The notes beneath the pieces are model-generated. The model searched no databases. It saw only the letters and a list, made by a program, of their open reading frames with translations, and was not told the DNA's origin. From a virus (Duplodnaviria; Caudoviricetes): 64,000 bases of DNA. The stretch is from IMG/VR virus record IMGVR_UViG_651703056_000001, positions 50,769-114,768 of that record; one strand, written 5' to 3'. This document shows positions 47,081-56,313 of this stretch, piece after piece (position 1 is the first letter of the stretch; each line of letters begins with the position of its first letter). Both the position numbers and the translations under genes were made by a program.

Positions 47081-47486
47081 ATAGGAACACACTCGCTTTC
47101 ATCATATATATTAATTGAACAATTATAGGTATGATTAGTATATGTTTTAAATTTGGTGTTTGTGATAGTCCTAAAATTAATTGGTTAAGGTATATCCAGA
47201 CCCAAACAACAGTAAGCAAAAATACTACTTTTCTATATATCTGTGTTTTATTAATATACACAATAGCGAGAACTCCTAAAGATATAAAAAGAAGAGAAAA
47301 AAGAATGTCAAAGCTTCTATTCTCGGAAAGGGTAACAACAACTATCTTGGTCTTACCAAAGTCTTTCAGGAGACTAATTATTCCAACCACTATGGTAGCT
47401 AATGAAACTGTCCAATTAAACATCATTAAACTTTTAATCTTTGAATCTCTATATGCTTTAATAATTTTGAGAAAATCGTCATTCAT
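47067..47486 (-). CDS. Four-TM membrane protein (possible holin-like)
   Basis: Four hydrophobic segments; AGGAGG RBS. Confidence 0.6.
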   Translation of the reverse strand: MNDDFLKIIKAYRDSKIKSLMMFNWTVSLATIVVGIISLLKDFGKTKIVVVTLSENRSFDILFSLLFISLGVLAIVYINKTQIYRKVVFLLTVVWVWIYLNQLILGLSQTPNLKHILIIPIIVQLIYMMKASVFLYETD

Positions 47487-47504
47487 GTCTTCCTCCTTTC
47501 AATA

Positions 47505-47548
47505 AAAAAAAAAAAAAAGGAACTGAGCTACTTAACAGCCCAGTCCTT
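47505..47548 (-). terminator. Intrinsic terminator after the major tail gene
   Basis: aaggaactgagct...agcccagtcctt stem with a long A run (U tract on minus strand). Confidence 0.7.
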
Positions 47549-47565
47549 ATGTAGCGTATTATCTA

Positions 47566-48270
47566 TTAGACAATAGTGATAGAGTACAAGTCAGTTGATT
47601 CACCATCACGAAGAATATCAAGGTTGAAGTCGAACGTAGAAACGTTTTCAGCATCCATTGTGAATGTGAAACCAGCTTGAAGTTGTGCTTTAGGAATCAT
47701 GAATTGTGCAACACGGTCTTTACCAGTAGCATTATCACGTACAATTGTATCACCAATTACACGGTAAGCACCAGGGAATTTATCAGATACGAATTTAACT
47801 GTTTTAGCAGAACTAGGTGCTTTATATTCATAATATGCTGAAACGGTTGTTTGACCATCCAACCCTGTAACACTAGTACCTGAAACTCTAGCAGCAGACA
47901 CTTCTTTACCATCTTTATCAACGATTGTTACTTTTGTGCTTTCAGATGGAGTCTCAGATAGAGTTGCTGTATTAGTCTTAACAGCAAGTTTTTCACGTTT
48001 GTACAAAGTTGTACCAGCTACAACTTCTGTACCAGCAAGAACAGCCATTGATTCTAGTGAAAGCAAAGCATCTTGCATTTGAAGTGTTGCTGTACGAGAG
48101 TAGTTCCAAGTCATAAGTTTTGCATTACCACGACCACCAGTAGCATCAGTTGTTTCTGAAGCGTTTTCGATACTTGAAGTTTTTAAAGTATCGAAGAACA
48201 ATACTGGTTTACCAGTTGCGATATCGAAAAAGATTACGTCTGCGACTTCTTTAATACCAAATTTACTCAT
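47566..48270 (-). CDS. Major tail protein
   Basis: SPbeta-like MTP pattern (FGIKEVADV.F, LKTSS.E, GG.GN..L..W); strong RBS; followed by terminator. Confidence 0.8.
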   Translation of the reverse strand: MSKFGIKEVADVIFFDIATGKPVLFFDTLKTSSIENASETTDATGGRGNAKLMTWNYSRTATLQMQDALLSLESMAVLAGTEVVAGTTLYKREKLAVKTNTATLSETPSESTKVTIVDKDGKEVSAARVSGTSVTGLDGQTTVSAYYEYKAPSSAKTVKFVSDKFPGAYRVIGDTIVRDNATGKDRVAQFMIPKAQLQAGFTFTMDAENVSTFDFNLDILRDGESTDLYSITIV

Positions 48271-48290
48271 TATTTAGTTCCTCCTAGGAT

Positions 48291-49052
48291 TTATTGGGGT
48301 GCTCCCCAATCTGAAATTTCATTACCGCCATAGATTGATGCTTTGACAGACATTTTATATCCCTCAATTGCATATAGGCGAGAATGTTCATCGTATAATT
48401 GATAGAGAGTATATTCTAAAACATTAAGTTTATTTGTTGAAGGACTCATTGCAGTTACAGCGCTAATAATATCCGCAATGTCACGGCTACTATCGGCTTT
48501 TTCTTTTGCTTTGATTTGTTCAACTTTTTCTCTGTTTCTTCTAAGTTTCTCTAACATTTTTTTAGCTTTCTCATCATAAGGATTTTCTTCATTATTAGTT
48601 TTGCTATCTGCAAACCCATTAATGATTTTGACCTTATTTATGATTGTAGAGAAAGTCTCTTTGTCTATAAGTTTAACGTCTTCATCGGACGAGAGATTTT
48701 TATATAATAATCTATCGTACTCTACCTCAATAGACCCCTCTGGCAAGCCAAGAACAAACTCTAGTGAGCTTGTAAAAATTTTTTTATACTCATCATCAGT
48801 ACAGACCATCAGTTGCATATCCAGAGCTGTTAGCTGATTACGCTGTTGATATAACTCCATATAATTAGGTGAGTCAATAAACATTTTCATAAAATCATCA
48901 ACATCTCTCAGGATATTGCTGACACGAAACAAGTACTCACTAAATCCAATATTGGAAATTTCTTTGAGCTTAAATTGTTTCAGGGATAAAAAATCGTTAA
49001 CTCGAATACTGTTTCCTAGTATTAAATTTAGTTTATCATCTACTTGAATCAA
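48291..49052 (-). CDS. Virion morphogenesis protein
   Basis: Head-tail gene cluster; likely TTG start at 49052. Confidence 0.55.
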   Translation of the reverse strand: MIQVDDKLNLILGNSIRVNDFLSLKQFKLKEISNIGFSEYLFRVSNILRDVDDFMKMFIDSPNYMELYQQRNQLTALDMQLMVCTDDEYKKIFTSSLEFVLGLPEGSIEVEYDRLLYKNLSSDEDVKLIDKETFSTIINKVKIINGFADSKTNNEENPYDEKAKKMLEKLRRNREKVEQIKAKEKADSSRDIADIISAVTAMSPSTNKLNVLEYTLYQLYDEHSRLYAIEGYKMSVKASIYGGNEISDWGAPQ

Positions 49053-49641
49053 CTTTATCACCACCCTTTTCAATAGCAATAGTATCCAAGTAGACTCTTA
49101 TACATTCGAATTTGCTATTTACTGTAAGATGTGTAAAACCAATTGGTACAGGTAGTTTATCTACTCTTTCTTTTGTCAAGATTTGATTAATTCTGTTCAT
49201 TAAACCATAGGGTCTAATTATTTTAACTTTTGATTCAGAATCAGAAGTTAACCACATATCGTGAGAACAAATTATATCTAAGTTTAACTGACTCTTAGAA
49301 TAAACCCCTTCTTTACTTAACGTGCCATCTGAAAAATATATGCGAACAAAAATTCCTTCGGATATTGCAGGTTCTGGGTCAAATGGGTAAGCTTTGATTT
49401 TTTGATTATCATCTTTTTCTTTGATAATAAGTCCATTATCAAAAACTTTTTTTGCTTCTATATCGAGCGGTCTCCCCAAAGATTTAGCATCTTTAAAATA
49501 TAATAACTTAAAGATATCTTCGTCTTCCTTGAGAGCATCCATAATACGAACAATAGCTGTACTCATTTTATCAATTGTATACGCTTGGATTTCAGCTTGT
49601 TCATCCAACATCATTTGATAATTTTTAGTAGGCATTCCCAT
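49036..49641 (-). CDS. Putative tail terminator/completion protein
   Basis: Synteny in the head-tail module. Confidence 0.5.
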   Translation of the reverse strand: MGMPTKNYQMMLDEQAEIQAYTIDKMSTAIVRIMDALKEDEDIFKLLYFKDAKSLGRPLDIEAKKVFDNGLIIKEKDDNQKIKAYPFDPEPAISEGIFVRIYFSDGTLSKEGVYSKSQLNLDIICSHDMWLTSDSESKVKIIRPYGLMNRINQILTKERVDKLPVPIGFTHLTVNSKFECIRVYLDTIAIEKGGDKVDSSR

Positions 49642-50393
49642 TACCAGCCACCCCTTTCATCTTCCTCGTCACTCTTTACATTCCATATATCTTGATACGC
49701 TATTCCAGTTTCAAAGTTATCTTTCGCATCATTTCTTATATCTTCTTTGAGTGTAAGTTGTAAAACACCATAGTAATCACTATCGACATAACTGATATCG
49801 TCAACGTGCTCAAGTTTATATGGTTTGCTACCACAAATAAATCTTTGACCTAATCTCAAAGTAGTTGTCAACTCATTTAGTTCTACTGCAATGAGTATTT
49901 TTCCAACTGGTGTTTTGACGTCAAAGACATTATAGGCTAGTCCAGCATCATTTGCTTTAGAGCCTGAACCTAAATATGAAGTAGATGTTATTGAGGGAAT
50001 ATCAATTATCTTCCCAGAAGTATCTTTCCATCTTAGGGTGTCATTTATCTTACCTACTCTTAGTTTAATATCGTCAACAGTCGAACCAAAGGTATCATAA
50101 GCAAGCCATTTATCTCCATCGAACTCTAGGATATTTCCGACTTTATGTAATACATTTGGTTTAAAAAGGATATTTCTCAACGTTCCCTGTCTGTCAATTT
50201 CGATTACACGAATATCTTCTTCAACAAAGCTTTCTTTATCTGTACCCATGTTGGTAAAGATTTTAGACCTTCTGTAACTTGTTGAAGTTTTGAACTTTTT
50301 ATTTTTAAAGTAATGAGTATTCTTACGAAGGGAATCTCCCACGTCAGTACCATTAGCTTCCAGCCTCTTTTTATATACTTCAAAATAGTCCAT
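49641..50393 (-). CDS. Putative head closure/connector protein
   Basis: Synteny in the head-tail module; beta-rich. Confidence 0.5.
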   Translation of the reverse strand: MDYFEVYKKRLEANGTDVGDSLRKNTHYFKNKKFKTSTSYRRSKIFTNMGTDKESFVEEDIRVIEIDRQGTLRNILFKPNVLHKVGNILEFDGDKWLAYDTFGSTVDDIKLRVGKINDTLRWKDTSGKIIDIPSITSTSYLGSGSKANDAGLAYNVFDVKTPVGKILIAVELNELTTTLRLGQRFICGSKPYKLEHVDDISYVDSDYYGVLQLTLKEDIRNDAKDNFETGIAYQDIWNVKSDEEDERGGW

Positions 50394-50394
50394 A

Positions 50395-50703
50395 TTAGTC
50401 CACCATTTTCGAAGCTAAAGATTTTGAAATCTCTATCGCTTTAAAAACCTCTCTTTTTACTGTATCTTGATTCGCAGTTTTTTTGGTCTCGTTTTGAAGA
50501 CTAGAGATAACTGCAATAAGTGTTACAAACTCTGACAGCTTATAATTAATGTAAGATTCAAGACCATCTAATTCGATTACGAGAGATGAGATATAAGAAT
50601 CTAAGTTAGCGTTATTTTCTTCATACAATGGTAGTATTTTAAAAATACTATTCACATTTTTTACTTCAAAATATTCTACTAATCTTTTGTTATCTTTTAT
50701 CAT
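50395..50703 (-). CDS. Hypothetical virion-module protein
   Basis: ATG 50703 overlapping the upstream gene. Confidence 0.55.
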   Translation of the reverse strand: MIKDNKRLVEYFEVKNVNSIFKILPLYEENNANLDSYISSLVIELDGLESYINYKLSEFVTLIAVISSLQNETKKTANQDTVKREVFKAIEISKSLASKMVD

Positions 50704-51130
50704 ATACTGCACCTACAAACGTATATTTTGTAACTTTTACCGCTGTCTCTCTTTTAATCTCTTTATAAAAATCTTTTAATTGGTTAATTTGATTTGCTTG
50801 CGAAAGTATCTTAAAATCAGAATCACTAAGAGCTTGTTCAAGAGTCTCATTACGAATCATGATTTGTTTGAAGTATTCTACAATCATAAGCATTGCTAGA
50901 ATTTCAATTTCTAAATTAGTAAGGTCTGCATTGATATTAACTACCTTTGGTAAAGTTTTCTCTCCATCAGCATCTGTAGATAAGTCCTTCGGACATTGTA
51001 CAAATTCAGAACTTGCTGTTCTGTAATATCCGAATAAAACTGATTCTACATAGTCTTTATCATCGAGGAACTTATAGTCTGAAATTTTCTGCAAGAAACT
51101 ACTATAAACTCTTGTGATGTTAGTTGACAT
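50690..51130 (-). CDS. Putative head-tail adaptor
   Basis: Helical ~146 aa downstream of the capsid genes; EIEILA and SQAN pattern. Confidence 0.55.
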   Translation of the reverse strand: MSTNITRVYSSFLQKISDYKFLDDKDYVESVLFGYYRTASSEFVQCPKDLSTDADGEKTLPKVVNINADLTNLEIEILAMLMIVEYFKQIMIRNETLEQALSDSDFKILSQANQINQLKDFYKEIKRETAVKVTKYTFVGAVYDKR

Positions 51131-51150
51131 ATTCTACTTCCTTTCGATTG

Positions 51151-51813
51151 TTATTTGATTGGCAAATTGTCCTCGAATGAAATATCATACTCATCTTCAA
51201 AAGTTTTAATAATGAAAGAACTATCTAACTCACCAGTATTGTAACGTCTTTTAGCCTCATCAAAAAGTGTAGTACGCATTTCGTTTGGAAGTGATTGAAT
51301 TACTTCACGAATATCGTCTGTACGCATTTCTAAGATTTGTTTTACACGTGCTGGTGTTAAGAAGTGTGTGTAAGCAGACTCAAGATTGAACTCTTTAATA
51401 AGGTCTTTATTAAGAATAATAATCCATCCATCAGTAAGAGCTTCACGAGCTAAATTATTCATAGACTTCAATTCTTTATAAGGCATTTTGTTCTTTTGAC
51501 CAAAACCACGAAACTCAAAAACACCATTTCCTGCTTGTGAGGTGTGTAGCAAACGTCCGTTAATACCAGCCATGACCATAATCAAATCATCATCCTTAAA
51601 TTTACTTTTTTCTTCTACTATAGCTTCTAAATCAAACTCATCTAATGATGTATCTCCAGATTCTTCGACAGCATTCGCTTTAGCCTTTTCTTTTTTTAAT
51701 ACAGATTCTAGTTGCTTAAAATTTAAAGGTTTTCCATCTGCATTAGTAAAGTCTGTTTTACTGTAAGAATAATCTCTAACCAATTCTTCTTTGATTTCTT
51801 TAATTGTTGCCAT
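51151..51813 (-). CDS. Hypothetical protein downstream of the capsid gene
   Basis: AAGGAG RBS; conserved position in SPbeta-like head modules. Confidence 0.6.
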   Translation of the reverse strand: MATIKEIKEELVRDYSYSKTDFTNADGKPLNFKQLESVLKKEKAKANAVEESGDTSLDEFDLEAIVEEKSKFKDDDLIMVMAGINGRLLHTSQAGNGVFEFRGFGQKNKMPYKELKSMNNLAREALTDGWIIILNKDLIKEFNLESAYTHFLTPARVKQILEMRTDDIREVIQSLPNEMRTTLFDEAKRRYNTGELDSSFIIKTFEDEYDISFEDNLPIK

Positions 51814-51875
51814 TGTTTGTAATCTCCTTATTCTCTCTTAAAACATATTAAAAGGGGAATAATCCCCCTCCAATA

Positions 51876-52895
51876 TTATTTAGCTTTAAATTTGATGTAA
51901 CCAAATTGACTTGATGGTACTGTAGCAATACCAAGTTTTTGAGTCAAAAGGTATTCTTTTTGAAGGTCATCACGATTTACTGATTCGCTTTCTTCAACGT
52001 ATGCTTCACCCTCATTAACTACTTTAACAAATTTATCATTAGTTTGTGGCAAGAGCAAGATAGCATCGTCTTCGAAGATGAAAGTATTAGTTCCTTCTTG
52101 GTGCAAAGCTGGAAGTTCTTTAGCTTCAATACCAGCAATACGACCATAAAAAGCTTGTTGGTTACGTTGGTTATTTGAAGCGTCAGATGGGAATTTGATA
52201 TCAAGATTGCTCAAAGCAAGAGCAGTACCATAGATAACAACTTGAGCACCAGTGCGTGCTTCCAAGTGTTTTGCAACTTCTAAAATTTGTTTCTCAGTTG
52301 GAAGTCCACCAGACAAAGTAAGACGGTAAGGTTCACCCGCACCAGGTGCACGGAAGTTTTTAAGAATTGCATCATAAATATCTTCCTGAATAGATTTAAC
52401 CATTGACTCACCAACTTTACGAGCCATTTCTACGAAGTCTACACGACCAGCCATGAAACGGTCAAATTCTTCATAGATTTTAACTCCACGACGTACAGTT
52501 GGAACAGAGAATCGTTCACCTTCACGGTGACGTTGACGTCTAAGATTACCGTTACCATCTGAAATTACAGACACACGGAAGTTAGAGTTATCTGGGATAT
52601 AAAATTCATTTTTATCCCCAAGTGCAAGGTTGCGGTAGTCAATCAAACCGTCAAGAATATTTGTAAAACCTTCGTTGACTGTGATTTCAATAACTTCTTC
52701 AATAATTTCAAAGACTTCATTTTTGTGCTTACGGAAAGTCTTAGGAGAGATTGGTTGCCCAACTTCTACTTCAAGTAATTCGTAAAATCCTTTACGAAGA
52801 GCTTCCGATGGTGTTACATCTTTAGCTGAGAAATCTTTTGGCAAAGTGCCATTTACATACATTTTAGCTAATTCTACAAGAGCTTTTGTTTCCAT
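51876..52895 (-). CDS. Major capsid protein
   Basis: 339 aa after scaffold and decoration genes; AGGAGG RBS; high-expression codon usage; downstream hairpin. Confidence 0.8.
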   Translation of the reverse strand: METKALVELAKMYVNGTLPKDFSAKDVTPSEALRKGFYELLEVEVGQPISPKTFRKHKNEVFEIIEEVIEITVNEGFTNILDGLIDYRNLALGDKNEFYIPDNSNFRVSVISDGNGNLRRQRHREGERFSVPTVRRGVKIYEEFDRFMAGRVDFVEMARKVGESMVKSIQEDIYDAILKNFRAPGAGEPYRLTLSGGLPTEKQILEVAKHLEARTGAQVVIYGTALALSNLDIKFPSDASNNQRNQQAFYGRIAGIEAKELPALHQEGTNTFIFEDDAILLLPQTNDKFVKVVNEGEAYVEESESVNRDDLQKEYLLTQKLGIATVPSSQFGYIKFKAK

Positions 52896-52933
52896 TAAAA
52901 TTTTCCTCCTAGGTATCTTGGTTTCCTATATTC

Positions 52934-53455
52934 TTACTGAACTTGAAGAGTCCAAGCTTTTTCAACTTGGTCGAGTGTATTTCCAGCGTCTTCAATAACT
53001 TTAAGTGTAAGTTGTCCTGCTTTTGGTGAATCTTCTTTAGCCAATCTACCATTTTTAACTGTAAGTGTATTACCTACGGCTAAATCTCCATGAGAACCAA
53101 CTGTGATTGCTTGGTCAGTTACTGTGATAATATCTCCACGTTGAAGACGGTATCCACGAACGACTTTACCTTCTTCGTTTTTGAAATTACGCAAAGGGCT
53201 ACGTTCATCATATTGAAGTTCTGGTGCATGTAACATAACTGTATCTTTAGTACCATCTGTTGAAATTACACCTTTTTTCACTTCACCTTTACGACCAGTC
53301 CATTTTCCAGCAGAGTCTGGAAGAAGCACATCAACATCAACAAACAATCCATTTGCATAGTCTTTTACAAGGTTTGCACCTGAGTCATATGCAACGATAG
53401 ATTCCAAGTTACCATTTGCACCACTTAATACTTTATCTAAATTAACGATTGCCAT
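52934..53455 (-). CDS. Head decoration/minor capsid protein
   Basis: Between scaffold and MCP; AGGAGG RBS. Confidence 0.6.
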   Translation of the reverse strand: MAIVNLDKVLSGANGNLESIVAYDSGANLVKDYANGLFVDVDVLLPDSAGKWTGRKGEVKKGVISTDGTKDTVMLHAPELQYDERSPLRNFKNEEGKVVRGYRLQRGDIITVTDQAITVGSHGDLAVGNTLTVKNGRLAKEDSPKAGQLTLKVIEDAGNTLDQVEKAWTLQVQ

Positions 53456-53483
53456 TAATTATTCCTCCTATTAATGTCTTTTT

Positions 53484-54737
53484 TTAGTTAAACAAATCTT
53501 CAAATGAATATTGTTTTTTATTTGCTTCTTCTGGTTTGATTGTAATTTTAGCAAATTCTTTTGATGTATTTTTTTCTACTGGTTTAGCCATACGACCAAG
53601 CATTTCAAAAAGTTTTACTTCAAGAGCATCTGTATTTTCAAACGCAGAATAATCAAGTTCTTTTACAGCAGATTCATCTAAGCCATAAGTTTCAATGAAT
53701 GATTCAACTTTGTCGTTGCATTCACGAACATGGTTATCTAATTCAAATTTACCATTTTTAGTTTTCAAATCTTTGATTTCTTCTTTGAGTTTTTCATTTT
53801 CTGATTTCAACTCTTCGATTTGTTTTTCTAACTTTGCAATAGTTGCATTGTCAGATGTCTCAGGTTTTTTTGCTTTTTTAGGTTCATCTTCTTTAGCTTT
53901 AGCTTTTTTATCTGCATCAGCTTCGGCTTTAGCAAATTCTGCTAATTCTTTTTCAACCTCTTCAACAGGAATTTCTGCGTAATTTTTAACTTTAGCTGAA
54001 AGTTCTTCTTCTGTCAAAGAAAATTTTGCGAGTAAGTCTTCTAATTTCAACTTTGGTTCTCCCTTCTCGATAGTTTCGATTTCGTTTAAAGCAAATTTTA
54101 AATCTTTAAACATGTTCTGCATACTTTCAGTTAGTGAATCATCTTTTGAGTATGTTTGAACTTTGGCATCGTCAAATGCTGGTCTTACATATCCAGCTCC
54201 GTTCTTAGCGATGCCAAGCACACATAGTGCCGTGAAATAAAAATCAGTAATGTAATCAATACCATCAAGAGTATAATATTCATTAACTGTGATTTCCATT
54301 GACTGACCAAAATCATCTGTAGATAAAGCAGAAACAAGTTTCTCATCTCTATTCCAAATTAAAGCGTTATCAATAACAAGATATTCTCTTCGGATTCCGT
54401 CTTTATCTACAATATTTTCCCAAGAAAAAACTGCACTTTCAGGCACAACACCGATTGGAACTGTTTTTGTTTTAACAACAATCTTATCATCTTCTACAAC
54501 AAGACTACGTTCATGTCCACCAAAATTTTCATCTTCTTCGCTAAAATAACCAACGATTGGAATATTTTTTAATGAAGGAACAGCCTTTTCAACATCCCAC
54601 TTACTAAAAGAAGAACGGTTTGGGTTTTCTCCATGATACATAACCGTTACTCTAGCTTTTGAAAATAGTGGACTTAAACTCTCCGTGATTTCAAAGTTAA
54701 TCATTTTAGAGTTTAGGATTTTAGTATTATCTACCAT
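53484..54737 (-). CDS. Prohead protease-scaffold protein
   Basis: N-terminal HGENPNRS, IPIVG, QSMEI and ALCVLG..PAF protease-like domain; C-terminal charged coiled coil. Confidence 0.75.
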   Translation of the reverse strand: MVDNTKILNSKMINFEITESLSPLFSKARVTVMYHGENPNRSSFSKWDVEKAVPSLKNIPIVGYFSEEDENFGGHERSLVVEDDKIVVKTKTVPIGVVPESAVFSWENIVDKDGIRREYLVIDNALIWNRDEKLVSALSTDDFGQSMEITVNEYYTLDGIDYITDFYFTALCVLGIAKNGAGYVRPAFDDAKVQTYSKDDSLTESMQNMFKDLKFALNEIETIEKGEPKLKLEDLLAKFSLTEEELSAKVKNYAEIPVEEVEKELAEFAKAEADADKKAKAKEDEPKKAKKPETSDNATIAKLEKQIEELKSENEKLKEEIKDLKTKNGKFELDNHVRECNDKVESFIETYGLDESAVKELDYSAFENTDALEVKLFEMLGRMAKPVEKNTSKEFAKITIKPEEANKKQYSFEDLFN

Positions 54738-54748
54738 TTCTTATCTCC

Positions 54749-56290
54749 TTACTGCGTATTTGCTGGCTTATCTTTAGCTCTCTGCGTCTCATCGCTGTCT
54801 TTATTGCCAGTAGTTTCGTTGGTAGGTCTTCCGTTTTCTTTTCCTTTTTCCTTTATTGCATTTTCGGCAATATCAGAACCGCTTGTATTAAACGAAGAAC
54901 TTAATGGAGTCATAATTTCTGGTAGGTCAAGCATTTCATTTTCAACCTTAAGTAATCCAGTAAATGCTACTGGGTCAATTCCCATAAGAGATGCAAGATA
55001 AACCTTGACTGGGAATCCATACTGAGCATCTGTGATATATCTATCGTGTGCTTCTTTTTTACTAAAATGTGTTACTTCCAACATTGTTGCTTTGAAGTAT
55101 TTAGACATACCATTCAATAACAGATATCTATTCAACCAACGTTCAAGTTGATTGATAACTCCAAAAATAAACTGTTCATCAGTTGCAATACTCATTGCAA
55201 TACCTTGTGAAGTTTTATTGTCGGAAGAGAATAAAATTTGACTCACTCCTGCATTATCCCAAAAGTTTTTAGTTGCTTTTTCAACACTATCGTCTGTTGA
55301 ACTATCTTTATCAAATGACACAGTATCAATTTCCATTGGAGATGTTACAACACCAACATTGTCAGGAACTGTCATTGATAATGCTTCGTGGAAATAATTC
55401 ATCATCGGCATATCTAATGTGAAGTCATTATTATCATTACTAGAACGTGTTTCAAGTTTTTGAATCAATAACTTATAGTTTTGGAGTTCTGCTTTGTCAT
55501 TTCGCAAATCTTTAAATGAATGAATATCATAAATACTATCAAATGTTCCTGCGAATGGTGGCACAGGAGTTAAACTAGACTCATTTATTTTAATACAGAT
55601 ACTATTTTTATCTTGAATTTCATACCAGTTGGAAGCACTTTTATTATTTCCCTTTTTCATGGTAGTGTATTTATTAACAGCTTCCTGAATTTCTTTGGGG
55701 TAATAATCCACTATATCTGCACTGACTAATGCATCTAAGTCAATTACATAGTTATAAACACCACCACTAACTGAGCTAATTTTGCATATATCATTAGGAA
55801 ACTGTTGAATCATTACCGATTCTTTATCATCAATAACATATCCATAAAAGATATCTACTGTCATTGCTAATTTAACGATTTTGCTAAAGTTATATTTAGG
55901 ATTTAGACGAGATAGAAATTCTGTAACTGTTGCTAGTTCCTTTTTTAATTTATTTTCATTCGCTGTTGAAATATCTTTAAACGGAACTACTGAATAAGCA
56001 TACAAAGGCATGTTTGCATAGAAGTTTAATAATCTTTGATATTGTTGACTTTGAACTGCTAAGTCTTCACTCACTTTTCGTAATGTCTTTTGATTTCCTT
56101 CGTTTCGATATTCTTTGACTATCTTACGAACTTTACTTTGACTTGAAGTTAGTGAGCCTACTGGCGCTCCAAAGACAGGTGTTCTATTATCATCACGCAA
56201 TATTGAAATTCTGTTGTTTCTCTTATTGCTATAAGAACTAATAGATTCCACATCAATCATACTAAGTCTTTTCTTCTTATTTTTAACCAA
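54749..56290 (-). CDS. Portal protein
   Basis: 513 aa immediately after TerL; AGVSQILF and QLERWLN motifs. Confidence 0.8.
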   Translation of the reverse strand: MVKNKKKRLSMIDVESISSYSNKRNNRISILRDDNRTPVFGAPVGSLTSSQSKVRKIVKEYRNEGNQKTLRKVSEDLAVQSQQYQRLLNFYANMPLYAYSVVPFKDISTANENKLKKELATVTEFLSRLNPKYNFSKIVKLAMTVDIFYGYVIDDKESVMIQQFPNDICKISSVSGGVYNYVIDLDALVSADIVDYYPKEIQEAVNKYTTMKKGNNKSASNWYEIQDKNSICIKINESSLTPVPPFAGTFDSIYDIHSFKDLRNDKAELQNYKLLIQKLETRSSNDNNDFTLDMPMMNYFHEALSMTVPDNVGVVTSPMEIDTVSFDKDSSTDDSVEKATKNFWDNAGVSQILFSSDNKTSQGIAMSIATDEQFIFGVINQLERWLNRYLLLNGMSKYFKATMLEVTHFSKKEAHDRYITDAQYGFPVKVYLASLMGIDPVAFTGLLKVENEMLDLPEIMTPLSSSFNTSGSDIAENAIKEKGKENGRPTNETTGNKDSDETQRAKDKPANTQ

Positions 56291-56313
56291 ACCTATCTCC
56301 TTTCTATCTTATT

